Both the position numbers and the translations under genes were made by a program. The notes beneath the pieces are model-generated. The model had not been told where the DNA came from. It was given only the letters and a program-made list of their open reading frames with translations, and did no database searches. From Marsupella aquatica (taxonomy: Eukaryota; Plantae; Marchantiophyta), in the NCBI GenBank assembly GCA_973895155.1, contig OZ316891.1, positions 8,805,875-8,869,874 of the forward strand: a stretch of 64,000 nt of DNA, written 5' to 3'. Below, in pieces: positions 1 to 12,392 of the stretch; the first letter of the stretch is position 1, and the number at the start of each line of letters is the position of its first letter.

Positions 1-243
1 CAACATTGAATTCAGGACCCAGAGACACTACATACCAGTTTTCTTTTGAAAAATAGGTGAAAAACCTCTACTTGGAAAGACACAAAGATGGCAAAAACCC
101 TGCCAAACAATGACCTAATTAATGACGGGGCTTTTGCCGTTAGCTTTTTGCGCTTTTGGGGCTCATGGGTCTCCCCTTCGCACTATTGGGCTTTTTGGCT
201 CGAGGGTTTTTCCTGTGTTTTCCCCATTTATTGGGTTTTTGGC

Positions 244-319
244 GTCTTGGATCATGTAACCTGATTAGAGCACCCCTATTGGTCTTGGATCATGTAACCT
301 GGTTAGAGCACCCCTATTG
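244..319 (+). repeat. 38-bp direct repeat, 2 copies
   Basis: gtcttggatcatgtaacctg(a/g)ttagagcacccctattg occurs twice in tandem. Confidence 0.9.
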
Positions 320-692
320 GTCTGGTAAACCTACCAGCCGTTATGCCTTTGGCATGAGGGGCGAAAAACCATTCCCACCACACCGACTATAAATAAAAGG
401 GGTCGCCTGGGCCCGCCTTGCTGTTATCCTTGGACAGCCTCCTACGCTCCAAAAGTGGGCGGAAAAAGGCCCATCACCTGCCTGCCATTGCTGTGCAATC
501 GCCAAGATCCATTCGCGGATGTTTGATCTGTCGGCTCAGAATCACTTGGGATGGTCCCAGGTCCCATCGATGTCCAATTTGTGAGGATCTTGTGCTCACA
601 CAGGAACTAGAGTGTTGATTTTCCCTCGCTTCTGGAGTGTGCATACTTGCTTGCTTCCCCACGCTCTCGAGCTCTCGTTCGTGCATTCTGGC

Positions 693-836
693 ATGATGGT
701 AGCAAATGCTCGTGGTCAAAGTTTCTCATCAGCAGAGTTGAAGCAATTGTACATGTCCTGGGTGAACATTGGACACAAAACTATTGTTGGTGCAGGGCAA
801 AAGAACCAAGCATTTTGGGACCACGTTCCTTTGTAG
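693..836 (+). pseudogene. Fragment of a PIF/Harbinger-associated Myb/SANT-like (NAM-associated) protein
   Basis: ARGQSFSSAELKQLYMSWVNIGHKTIVGAGQKNQAFWDHV fits the RGxxFSxxEDxxLxxSWxxISxDPIVGxxQKxxxFWxRI pattern of Harbinger ORF1 proteins. It is truncated straight after this, and a TATAAATA lies at ~389. Confidence 0.6.
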
Positions 837-2759
837 TTCTATATACAATGATGACCAAAAGATGCAAAGGTTAGGGTGGGCTCAATAGGACCACCAAAAG
901 TTAAGTTTTAATCGTTTTGTGATAAAATCCAAAGACAACCACCGGAGTTAATTCACGTCTGGAGTTAAAAATGTAAAGTTAAGGTCTTAACCACCAATAG
1001 TTACAATGGTCTTCTTGTGAGAACTTAACAAAAAGGTTACCAGCCAAAAAACTAGGCACTTAACTTTTGTCAAGTCTTTCCCTGACATGAAAACTAATAT
1101 GTGCTTTTGGCTAGGTGTGTCAACAGTCCAACCTCACAAGATCTTTCACACACTTTCAACAACTACTTTGCTGCACTTTGAGACTGGCTTCATTCGACAC
1201 ACTTTTAAACATTCAATTCATGCAATTCTTTGAAGTGGGTTCAATCCACGTCTTGATTGCCGACATGGTCCTATCTCTCTTCCTCCTGCCAGACGCCAAA
1301 TTAAGTGAAGTTCCTGTTCTAGACAACATTCCCAACAGAGTGAAACGCATGAGAAACAATCAAGGCCTTGAGCTAGGAACTAGACCAAAATTGAGATGAT
1401 CTGTTTGGCTCAGGCCAAGAAGGTTGAGGCAGAGCTTGGATGTCAATAAGGTAGGGCAGCAGCGTCCGGCAGTGAAAGAGTCATAGTGAGAGAATCTAGA
1501 TTGTTTAGAGGAATCTCATCTCGAGCAGAATGATATGGTTTTGCCCAATAAGTGTTGCAGAAGGAGACCGAGAATAGGTTTGAACATTCCAACTGGTCTG
1601 TCGAGTCTTCCAATTGCCAGAGTGACCAATCTAATAGAGGTCAAGATCCCCATGGAGATCAAATTTTTGGTTAAACATGGAGTCATTTTAACACACAAGG
1701 TCATGGTGGTGTGTCGGGGGAAGACGGTAGTACAATTGTTGGGATAATCTGGACCGAACAAGACAACATCAACACATGTTCACAACAACCTCCATACACT
1801 CCGACATTGGAAGTATGTGGTTCACCTTGTCTGGGCTACATCCACAGCCGTGCGAGAAATCAAGTAATACAAAACAATCACACCGGATCCATAACCAATG
1901 TGCTAGAGCTCCTCCTCTCACCTTCTCACTCTATCTCCTTCTCACTCTATCTTGGAGAGTAAACTCCTTCAAGTGTGAGCGCGCACAAGTTTGTGTTCCC
2001 CTCAGGTATACCCCCTCCCGTGGTCTATGGGAAACTATAACTCAAAAAAGTGCTATCCTAGTCTACTAAAGCCCCGACTAAAGCCTAGCTAGTACTAATA
2101 CTAGAGGCATAACCTAATTAGCAACACTTCCAATCTAGAAAGTTTTGATTTAAAGTTGCAATAATTGAACTATGTTTCAAATGACATATTTTGATAAGGA
2201 TAATATGCATGCAATATTCTCTTTGGGGAAGGGTGGACGGGGATGGTGATATGGAGCCCTCCACATCAGGTTCTAGTTTAAATACTCTAAGAAATAAATA
2301 TAATAACCTTTTGGAATTTTTGTTAGACACGTACTCTTAGTCTAGAGATAATATGTAGCTGTAATAAATCTACCATAGTTAGGTACTTAGTTGGTTAAGA
2401 TTACATGTGCTACTACTATATTCACTAGCAAGACTTAGTGAGTGAGTGAGTGAAACTTACATGCATAGTTACGGAGCCATGTACAACATAGGAAGAGCCT
2501 TGTCTGTGGAGACACCATATCACCAATGAACTTAGAGTTTAGTAAAACTCTCTTGTTCCCATGTATGCACGGAGTTTCTGGATAAGTGAACCAAGTATCT
2601 CATGATGTGTTGACAACTTTTGCCTTTAATAGAATTTCACATTTGCATGTTTGTTGAGTAGGGTCATTTGCTCAACACATTTTTCTCTTATCAATTAGGA
2701 AATTAATATTCTTGCAACATTTCAATAATTGGTTTCAAAAACTAGCTCTATCTTTCCTT

Positions 2760-4625
2760 GTCAGTCTCAAAATTGGATTTATCCTTTGATCCTGGGTGGG
2801 CGGGGCCACCTGCCCAGTGGAGCATCATTGACACACTTAGATGCATGGTGGGCTTTAATACTCTTCCAAATATGGTCATTACGGAGATTGTTCCGATCTA
2901 TGGTAGACTTGGCCTGGAATGAGATCTATTGGAGATGGATGGTCTGTTGAGGGCGGCTGTTGGAAAGACCTCCCGCTTAGATGGCACAACATGCATGGCT
3001 TTTCTACTGAGAATAGGATGTTGGCGCAAACGTTCCTGGAACTCCTTTACAGCGCAAAACAATTGTTGTTCTGATTACTATTTGTGTGCCAAGTAATGAA
3101 GATGAACAGATAAAATGGAACCATTGAAACACTTCAGAATTGAGAATTGTCGGGTGTATGACTTCCTGGGGCCCAAGACCTCCAACCATGAAGCCTTAAC
3201 AGGATATGGTTTCTTTCCAGATCGGAGATGGGGTGGAATGTGAGTTGGACCAGGCTTTGGGATCTAATTTACCAATGATGAACAAGACCTTTATCTGGAG
3301 GATCATCCTAGGGGGCCTGTTCACTGGAGCCCAAGTGCTCAGAATTGATGTTAGCAATGGGGATTGTAAGCTGTGCAATGGGAGGCTCAAAACTACCCTC
3401 ACCTTTTTTCCAATGCCTGCATGTTGTTCGTTGCTGGAGCCTATGTCAGGGTTTGTTGAGTGTTCTAGATATGCCAATTGGACTTGGGTTGATGAGCCTT
3501 CTTGACACGGCCTGTGGGAGCTCAGATTTTTGTCTTGCACCAAATTCTTTGGAGGCTTTGGATGGGGAGAAACACATAACATGTTCCAGATGGAGGGGGG
3601 GCGGGGGAGCTGGGCAAACGTGTGTTTCATTTGGGGCTTGTTTTGTCTGAGACAATAGAAAGTTTATTTGTTGCTAGTCGGCGTTGCCCCCAAGGCAGGA
3701 AGTTCACCCAACTGTTACGAGCAAAATCCTGGATTGATGGGCTTTGCAGAGGGTGGCTCAGCAACGGTGGGAGCTGTATCACTTCCGTGGGTTGACTCTG
3801 GATGGGGGTGGTGGAGTTTGAACACTTTTGATGGCTGATACCGGGCCATTATACTCCCGATTATACTGTCTTGTGCCCTCAAACTTAGGACTGGCCCTGT
3901 TATTGGTGGTTTTGTGTGGTTTCCCTCCCCCTTGATCTTTGTCCTGGCGATGGGGTGAGGGGTGAGGGATGAACCCTTGCTTGTTTTTTTTGGTGTGTGT
4001 GTGTGTGTGTTGGACAGTCATTCTGCTGTGTGTTGCCTTTCAGGCTTTTGGCCTATTTGTTCGCCCTTCCCGTGGGGCTTTCGATCACGAGGGAGCAAAA
4101 TTTATAAAAAGGTTACCATTCCAAGGAAAATTGGATTTACAATTGGGGTGACAGGCAGATTTTGTGGAATACTATGGACAAAATTGTTATGGATGGTGGT
4201 GTTCTAGCAGCCAAAGTGTTTTCGTGGGAAGATTGGTGATTGCCACAAAGAAGGGGATTGGTGGGAGTTGAGGTAGTTCCCTGGTCAGTCTTTTGACTAT
4301 GTTGTGCAGATTCTGGTCATTCTCATGTGTGTTCCTTTTATCCTCTTGGTTGATTTGGCTGGTGGCTTTCCAATTTCTGGGGATCTTCTTAGTTTCCTCT
4401 TTGATCTACCTCTTTCCCTTAGGCGGTCTGGTCAGGAGCCTGTCCCCCCTTTTTTTCCCTTCTCTCTGGGCGAGCTCCTTCTCTTAGCAGCCCTTGTTTT
4501 GTTTCTCTCCTATATACCCCCCCCCCCCCCCCCCTTCAGGCAGGCTTCACTGTTTTGTTCTGGTTTCTGTGAAATAAAGTTTCTTCCCCTGGTGGGGTTT
4601 CTGTTCAAAAAATAATAATTAAAAA
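2760..4625 (+). mobile_element. Degenerate 3' portion(s) of L1-type LINE (zf-RVT region, 3' UTR, A-rich tail)
   Basis: KTFIWRIILGGLFTG...GDCKLCNGRLKT..(H)LFxxC at ~3280-3420 is a zf-RVT-like CCHC region with many stops and frameshifts. A T-rich 3' UTR-like sequence ends in AATAAA plus an A-rich tract at ~4573-4626. Boundaries are approximate. Confidence 0.6.
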
Positions 4626-4990
4626 AGAGGATTTACAATACCGGAATGTTCTCCCAGTTTTTTAAATAGTTTTTTACAATCAATGAAAAACTCTATTTTT
4701 GTTTGTACTTGATGGTCACAAGATTATGAGTGTAATCCCAAACTCAATAAGATCCCCACCCCCTTTATATAAAAGATATTTTCTTCCCATAATTGTCATT
4801 CTGGTTCAAATGCACAGTTTCATAAATCTCATGGAATCTTAGAAATCCTATGGAAAAAAAACCCAGAGAAAATAGGTTCAAAGTTCAAAGGCCCACTAGA
4901 CAATGCCTATGTATTGCATAACATTGTCAATTGTAAGTGATATTGAGCAAATGTCATCAATAATTGAGATGGTTGGGCAGTTAAACATCA

Positions 4991-5373
4991 CTAGCCCTGA
5001 TTACTCGTTCCTTGAGCATAAATAACGGGGATGACAATAAAATGTCACCAAAATATATTCCATATTCACATTTTTTAAAGTTAATTAATGATATTATAAA
5101 AAACCATCATGTCATCATTTTAATAAACATACAATATTCTTTTCTAGGCACATCCCTCTTTCCATGCACATATGTTATGGTGGGGCCACAAAGCTCACTT
5201 AAAAAAATTAAAAAATCATGATAAAAATAGTTGCATCATTATCATTTGACATACATCATAATCCTGACTTCACCCATCCACATGATGAGACATGGAGTTA
5301 CAGTCTAGAGGCTTCACTCTAGAAGCCTAGGCCTCAACTCTAGCTTGTAGCTGACTCTTTTATAAGTAAGATG
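4991..5373 (-). mobile_element. Non-autonomous Helitron-like 3' end (minus strand)
   Basis: Minus strand ends ...gctcaaggaacgagtaatcagggCTAG|t. It is a diverged inverted homolog of 11578-11938 (shared acatatgttatggtggggcca and gtctagaggcttcactctaga). Confidence 0.55.
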
Positions 5374-5384
5374 GGGAGTCAGCA

Positions 5385-8300
5385 AATAGATAGATAGAAA
5401 CATATACACACTTTTTATATACAAAGGGACCAAACAGAGTACAAAAGAACAAACAAAAGAGGGCCCAAGTGGACAAAACCAAACGAAAAAGAAGTGAGCA
5501 AAAGGGAACCACTAAACACCAAGAAAGAGGAACTAAAAGTAAGAAATGAGCAATAGGGAACCCCTAAAAACCAAGAAAGAGAGACTAAAACTAACCCAAG
5601 CGGACCGAGGTCCTCATCATTCCTAGCGAATGTGGCAAAAAGCTAATGGTCCACATCAAGGGTCAAAACTAGATCGGCAAGGGTGATTGGAACATCCTCT
5701 AGGGGAGCTAGCCGTTGCGGAGGCACACTAGCACCCACTGTAAGAGATCGACGATAGATGGCCCGAGCTTGAGCACGCTGTAAGGTGGCTGAAATGCGTT
5801 GGCGAAAGTGCATGGTCAAAACAGAAAGTGGGGGTCCGGATGGACCCATTCGGCCATGAACATCCCGGCAGCTTGCCGAAGAAGCCCATCAAACTGAGGA
5901 TGAAGACGCCCAAATAGCTCCAGAGCAAGGGGGAGGAAGCTGTCGGGTGAAGCTCGTGCAGCATATTTGGCCCCCTTCGTTGTTGCTGCACGTGACGCTG
6001 CTGCCCCTGCCGTAGTTGCCGCTGTCCAGATGATGTCTTGGCGCAATGGGTTGGCCACCACTACATCTGCCAAAGTCCGTTGACCCTCACGGACCATGGT
6101 AAGATCCACCCGTAACCGCTGTGATGGAAGACCAGGTAACTCGAGTACCACCTCCCACCGCACGCATACCAAAGAGCCAGAGAGAACCTGAGCAGTCGCA
6201 TCGCACACAGCGTCGTGAACAATAATGGTTTCACCTCCCAAACTGCACCGAAGAAGATGGACACCTGTGGCATCACAAGGCTTCCCACAAGTGCAAGAAG
6301 GAGTTAAACCTGCAAGAAGTGGGTGGCCTGGGCAGCCCCATACGAAGACGCATGGCTATGGAGAACTCCGTTGAAGACATCCGCAAATGAGGAATGATTG
6401 GATTGGCTTGAAGCCATCCTCCTACGCCCTTCCCTCCGGAAGAAAGAATCCGAGCTCGGTCCGTGTCAGCTGCCTCGGAGAGGATGCTGGAAAGGGTGAA
6501 AGCGTGCATACGCCCAGCGAGGTCTGCCTGAAGACGAATGGGATCCAAGGATAAAAACTCCTAAAAAGAAGGTAACGCGGCGCAAACGAGATCTGGTAAT
6601 GATGACCGCGCTGCGCGCAAATGAACCTGAAATGGGAGGGAATCCTCCTCTATCTCCATGAGAGATGAAAGTAAAAAAGGGCGATCCTCAATAAGAAAAT
6701 GATCGGCCAACAATGAAAAGGCGGCCGCCCACGCACCCAAAAAGGCCAAAGGTGCAAGGCTCTCAATGGAAGTAAGCCCAAAACCACCCTGCGAAATAGG
6801 AAGACCGAGTTGTCGATGAAGCCACGGAGATGAGAGCCACGTACCCGGCCCTAAAAGAGAGGCCAGAGTTTGACGAATGGAGACATCAAATGCTCGAAGG
6901 TGGAGACAAAGATCCTCGGTAGGGGGATGCGTCCTAGCCAGATAAGACGCACGAGGGTGGATGCACCTCAACAACATCCCAAATGCTGCCTGAGAATCTG
7001 CTAACTTAGGGAGCATAGGAGTAGGGGCTAAGGCAGCCTGTAGAGAGTTAGCGATGAAAGATGAGCAAAAGGAGGCGGTATCGACTGGGGAGCCAAGGAC
7101 CCGAAGACCATCGGCTGGACGTAAGAACCCTGGGGGAAGCGCAAGATCAGAGGGTAACCCAGCTGGACTCCATGCACGACTCTTCATAGGCTGAACTCGT
7201 AAACCAAGGCCCATCAAATGGGTGGAAAGAGTGGCGAGGGCAGAAGTAACCGCGGCAAGAGGACCAATGATGTGGGTGTCATTAGAAAGGGAGGGGAAGA
7301 TACACTGAGGGTGGGCCATGGCGGCTTCCCGTAAAGCTGTAAAATGGGCAATGGCAAAAAGAGGCCCACCCAAAGGGTCACCCTGACGTGTACCTTCTGC
7401 AGAGGAAAGAGTGGTATACACACTTGTAGAGGAGTGATGACTATAGAAGAGTGGGGCCTCGAGTCCATAAAAACAATGGACAAAGGGGATCAGGGACTGG
7501 ATGTCTGGATCCGCCGCCCTCAAAGCACGAAAAATGGCTGCCCGAGAAACCGTATTAAAAGTGTTAGAGACATCAACCTAGAGGACAACCCAATCAGGGT
7601 GGAGGTCCAAGGTAGCTCGAATACCCGCAATAACTGTCTCACAACCGCCAGGAACGCCCACTGCAAACTGATGTGGAGAGAGATGATCCGATAGTGCAGA
7701 GCGAAACTGCAAGGAAAGTGTGCGAGACACAAGTCGAAGAAAAACCTCCCCAATAACAATTGGCCGAACACCCGGTGAAGACTTAGCCATGGCCAATAAA
7801 CGAGAAGCACTCAAGAGCCGAGAGACGGGAGGAGGCAAACGACCGGCTGCAATACACTGGCAAAAGGAAAAGAAAACTGGAAAACCAAACTGAGGATCCT
7901 CAGGGGGGAATAAATCACGAAAATGCTCAAAGACATAGCCGGAGGGGCCACCAACAACGCAACGCGGGGCATGGAGGAAGGCATAGGTGAAGTGGTCCCT
8001 ACTAAATTGAAGATCCTCCTCAGGCTCAAAATCCTCTACGAACAAAGGGAGCTGATCATGGGGCTGCGGATGGAGATCCTGAAGGGCCGACGAGGTGACC
8101 TCGCCAGGGGGGCTGGTGTGGTGGGAGAAAGGGCCTGGACAGCCCAACGATATTCACCAGCTTGGGCTAAACGACAAGAGCGACGAAGACATCTATGCTT
8201 AGGGGGATGAGAGTGGCGAGCTAGGGCAGACAAAGCATGGGCGGTAAAAGATCGGGCGCGAAGAAAGTACTCTTCCTGAAGCTGCTCCCAATCTCCCCGC

Positions 8301-9130
8301 AAAAAACAATGGATACGAGAGGCAGTCTCACGGTGACCCACACAACTACCATGACTAGGGAGGGTAAGAGTCCACTGTGGAAAAAACATCAGTAAAGACA
8401 ATTAGGAGACCTCCATAGGATGCGGCAAGATAAGCTGCATGAGTTGCAACAAGGAGGACCGAACTAAAGGGCGCAACGCCAGAGGAATGTGGTTATAAAG
8501 GCAAGGTCTAATGTACCCTGGATGGTAGGCTGGAAGGGGGTCTAGAGTGCGAACCCAACTCCATGCCTGCTCGGGAGCCTCCAAGGAGGGAGGGGCAGAG
8601 CTAACCGGGTCAATAGGGGGCTGAGGCTGGGATTGTGCTTGCTGGCGACGATGGCACCGGCCCCGCCCGCGATGATGAGGAAGGGAGATGCCAACCCATC
8701 CACACTCAGGACAAGTAGGCAGGGGACGCTCATCCGGGGAGGGAGCAGGGAAAGACTGGACAGGAGGTGGGGGTGGAACAGATGTGGACGAGGAGGCCGG
8801 AGGAGGATGGTGAATGGGTGGAGGGGGAATGGGGTGGGGAGAGGAGCCAGGGCGACGATGGGGTGGGCAGTAGACGGGGGGGGGGGGACTGACAGAGCAT
8901 CGGGCATGGGCTCATCACGAAGATGAGAGAGATCCAGTGAAGAAGAGCAAACACGAAGACGGCCACGAGGGGGAGGGGAGGACGGGGGAGAAGTGTGGGG
9001 TGGGGCTGGGTGCTTGCCCCACGCCAACACTCTCAACGCAGACATGACAGGCCACAACCCGATAAAAGCAAAAACGCATCAAGAAGTGACACAAGGCCCA
9101 ACTGAGGCATGTGAAAAGAAAGGGGAGGCG
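5385..9130 (-). mobile_element. Decayed CRE-clade (R2-group, restriction-like endonuclease) non-LTR retrotransposon
   Basis: Consecutive minus-strand ORF fragments give RT motifs RPIVIGEVFLRLVSRTL, QFAVGVPGGCE, VDVSNTFNTVSR, GTRQGDPLGGPLF and SLSNDTHIIG. These are followed by an RLE domain (HDAVCDA...RVDL...ADVVV...KGAKY...FLPLALELFGRL). There are several stops and frameshifts. The 3' end is near (TCTA)n at ~5386-5398; the 5' end is uncertain. Confidence 0.8.
5493..5594 (-). repeat. ~52-bp tandem duplication in the CRE 3' UTR
   Basis: tgagcaa(a/t)agggaacc(a/c)ctaaa(c/a)accaagaaaga..actaaaa(g/c)taa occurs twice. Confidence 0.75.
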
Positions 9131-9275
9131 ATAGATCTAGCAACTGGATTTCAAGGAGGGTGTTATCTATGGGGAGAGTGATAGGTTGAGTGGATAAATG
9201 GATATATCTAGGAACTGGATTTCAAAGAGGGGGCAATTTGTGGGGAGAGTAATAGGTTGGGTGGGTAAATGGTGC
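9130..9275. repeat. ~72-bp tandem duplication at the putative CRE 5' end
   Basis: gata(g/t)atctag(c/g)aactggatttcaa...ggggagagt(g/a)ataggttg(a/g)gtgg(a/g)taaatgg occurs twice. Confidence 0.7.
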
Positions 9276-10832
9276 AAGGTGACTGACACCTTTAGGCCCA
9301 TCTCACAATTATAAAATAATAAAAAAGAATGTACTCTTGCTTGAATAGCCAAGGAGTCTTTTGGTAAACAAACCATGAGAACTAAAGAACAAGCTTACAT
9401 ACTGTAATGCTTAATTTAATGTGAGTTTGTTAATGCCCATTTTCAGTTAAGAGAAAATGTTACCTTGATTGAACAACCAAGGAAGCTTTTGGTAAACAAA
9501 CTATGATAAAGAAAGAACAAGATTACATATTATAGACTTTTGTTTAAGTATAAGTTTTAGCTCAACTTTTTGGAAACCAAGCCACCATGGACCACCATCC
9601 CGACCACCATGGTGGATAAAGTGCTCCTTGGGGACCACATATTGGTGGTCCATGGGAGTTTGGGCTCCATAACCCTTGATGATAATGAGTCCTATTTTTT
9701 CTAGTTTTGCACCTGCAAGGCAACTAGAGAATGAGGAGATTGGAAAAAAACACCACCAAACATTTCATTTTAACACAATGAACATTAATCTAGTGGAACA
9801 TACCCCTCAGTAATTTGTAATAAATAACTCAACCCAAAATGGCCAAAAATTCATGGTCACTTTGGTGGAGTGTAGCTTGCCTATTCCTTTAGCATAGAAT
9901 CAAAAGTATAAAAATTTGAAGCTATGAGTATCAAGTTACCTGGCAGTTACTACAATTAAACTCAGATCTTTTGGCCAGGAAATGTGGTCCACGGGGGTTT
10001 CAATGACCAACCTTGTCCATGGGGACTTAAAATTACAACTTTTGGACTATAATACTCTCGTAACCAAAATGACATATGTTAGGATACACTAGATGACTTT
10101 GAGTGCAAGAGTCCAAGTTTCTAGTAAGAAGCCTGAAAATGTGTGGCAAAAGCATTGTGGAGCATAATGCCCTCTCAAGATCTGGATCATTCTTAAAGTA
10201 AGATTCTTGTTACCATTATAGAATTAAAAAAATCTCTCAAGCCTTGTTAAGTACACTAGGGTACTATTTACGGACCCCACTAGAGGTCCCTTCCAAAATT
10301 TGAGACTCCACAGCACGTCACATCATTGAGATGCACTGCAAATAGGTATGGATTGGTTTATAAAATAAAATTGCTTCAACATTCGTGTCTGGGGCATGAT
10401 TTTGGTAAAATTGAGGACACCATGCCGTAAACCGTGATGTAAAACTGTTTTAAAAATAACCGTTTTATTACCCTAGGTAACAGACTGTTCAATTAGTAGG
10501 AGGCCCACCTTCAATTTTTTTTACCCTGAGTAATTGCTGCCCACCCGCATTCTGAATTGTATTTCAATTGAATAATAACTAAATCTCTCTCGGCAAGTTG
10601 ATCTGATGACAAAGTAATCGTGGCAATTTTCTCGACCTTCTACTGCCACGAAGGAAGAAGTGGACATGATTCTATGTTGGATCACTCAGCACTCCTTTCC
10701 ACGGCGTCATCATTGCAGTTCCTAACTCGGTGATGCCTCTCGCTACTGTCAGTGTGTCCAACGCATGAGGCACGAGCGAACGAAAGAGAAGCAAGCTTAG
10801 CAGGGTTCAGTAAGGGCCTCATCTACGTGTAG

Positions 10833-10976
10833 ATGGTGTTGAAGAGCCTAGGCATGAAAGAAGGACATAGTTATAAGAAGTGTAAACAGATGATCAAGGG
10901 AGTCAATGCGGACGTTAATGGGAAGGTGGACTTTCAGGAGTTCAAGGAATTGATGTCGTCTGAAGCTTTCTGTTAA
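10833..10976 (+). pseudogene. Isolated C-terminal EF-hand of a calmodulin-like (CML) protein
   Basis: Translates as MVLKSLGMKEGHSYKKCKQMIKGVNADVNGKVDFQEFKELMSSEAFC*, a typical CML last EF-hand with a damaged Ca-binding loop. It is preceded by an in-frame TAG and no upstream EF-hands are seen. It is too short for the ORF track. Confidence 0.8.
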
Positions 10977-11577
10977 TAGGGGGTCCACGAACTAATTTTG
11001 GAGCATTATAGGTAATAATAACCCCTCAAAGCTTGAGTTGAAGTTCTGGTTATGGTGAATCCAACTTTCACCATAATGATGTGGAATCACACTTCTATAT
11101 GGTATTTTGCATAATCCACTCCTCAAAACAAAAGAGATTGTATCTAAAATCAACCTACACAATAAAGGGTCTTAAAGACTTTTATGATTTTTCACTTTGC
11201 ATTTTTGAATGCATTATTGTCCGTACAATTTCATTTCTTTTGAGGAATTATGGATTATGCAAAACACCATAACTGTAAGAAATATAATTTTATCATATAA
11301 AAAATTTAATAAATTATATCATAAAATACAAGATTCTTGTACCTTCCCTTAGGTTTTTGGCCAATTGCTAGCAACCACTTTTTGCATGGCCCTTTTGACT
11401 TAAACTTTCTATTTCTTAGATTCATTTTTAATTATTTATCATAAAAGATCACTCTAGTCTAAACGTTTCCTATTTACAAAGCAATATGAAAATATTACCC
11501 CTCCAAATTTGGGGTATCATCCTAGTTTGTTTTAGGGGACATTATATCTTTAACCATGACATTATTCTATTCAAAAA

Positions 11578-11938
11578 CACATCTTATTATTAAAGCGCCA
11601 ACTCAAGTCTACTTTTAAGAGTCTAGGTCTAGAGTGAAGCCTCTAGACCATAACTCTATGACCATCATGTGCAATAGAGAAACTCATGACATGATGTATG
11701 TATATATCAATTTTCCTTGATAATTTCTATATGCACTATGGCCCCACCATAACATATGTGTATTAAAAATTACTCATGTGCACATAAAGGAGAAGGGTAT
11801 ATTATATATGACTATTAAAATGATAATTTATTATTATTATTTAATTAACCTTCAAAGAATATGAATAGAAAATATATTTTGATAATTTTTTATTATATTC
11901 TCTATTATTACGTTCAAAAAACGGGTAGTCGGGGCTAG
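11578..11938 (+). mobile_element. Non-autonomous Helitron-like 3' end (plus strand)
   Basis: AT-rich body ending in a degenerate hairpin cgttcaaaaaacgggt, a spacer and CTAG|T (11935-11939). Homologous to the inverted copy at 4991-5373. Confidence 0.6.
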
Positions 11939-12159
11939 TATATTAGGATACTGGATTAGGGTAACAGTAGCCTCGAGTGCAAGAGTCCAAGTCGCTATTA
12001 AGAACCCTGAAAACGCGTGGAACTATGCGGAGGCGTCGATCCCCATCCATCAATCGACTGTCGCCCCGTGCCCCTGACCTCTGCCAAATGTCCGTGTCTA
12101 TCTTGGCTGACAGTTCGGTTCCGTCGCTTTGAGCCGACGAAAACCGACAAAAACGCTTT

Positions 12160-12392
12160 CGGCCTTTCCCTCCTTTTCCGGTTTCCCCGTCTTTTCCAGT
12201 TTCCCCGTCTTTTCCAGTTTCCCCGTCTTTTTCAGTTTCCCGTCTTTTACGGTGTCCCCCTCTTTTACGGTTTTCCCCGTATTTTCCCCGTATTTTCCCG
12301 TTTCCCCGGATTTTCCGGGTTTCCCGTCTTTCACGGTTTCCCCGTCTTTTCCCGTTTTCCCTCCTTTTCCGGGTTTCCCGTCTTTTCCCGCT
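12160..12392 (+). repeat. Pyrimidine-rich 18-bp (9-bp subperiod) minisatellite
   Basis: Units such as ttttccagtttccccgtc and ttttccggtttccccgtc. They produce low-complexity ORFs in several frames. Confidence 0.9.

Noticed and set aside
1115-2110. Possible degenerate LTR-retrotransposon remnant
   Set aside because: The composition is suggestive, but no diagnostic protein motif, PBS or LTR pair could be verified.
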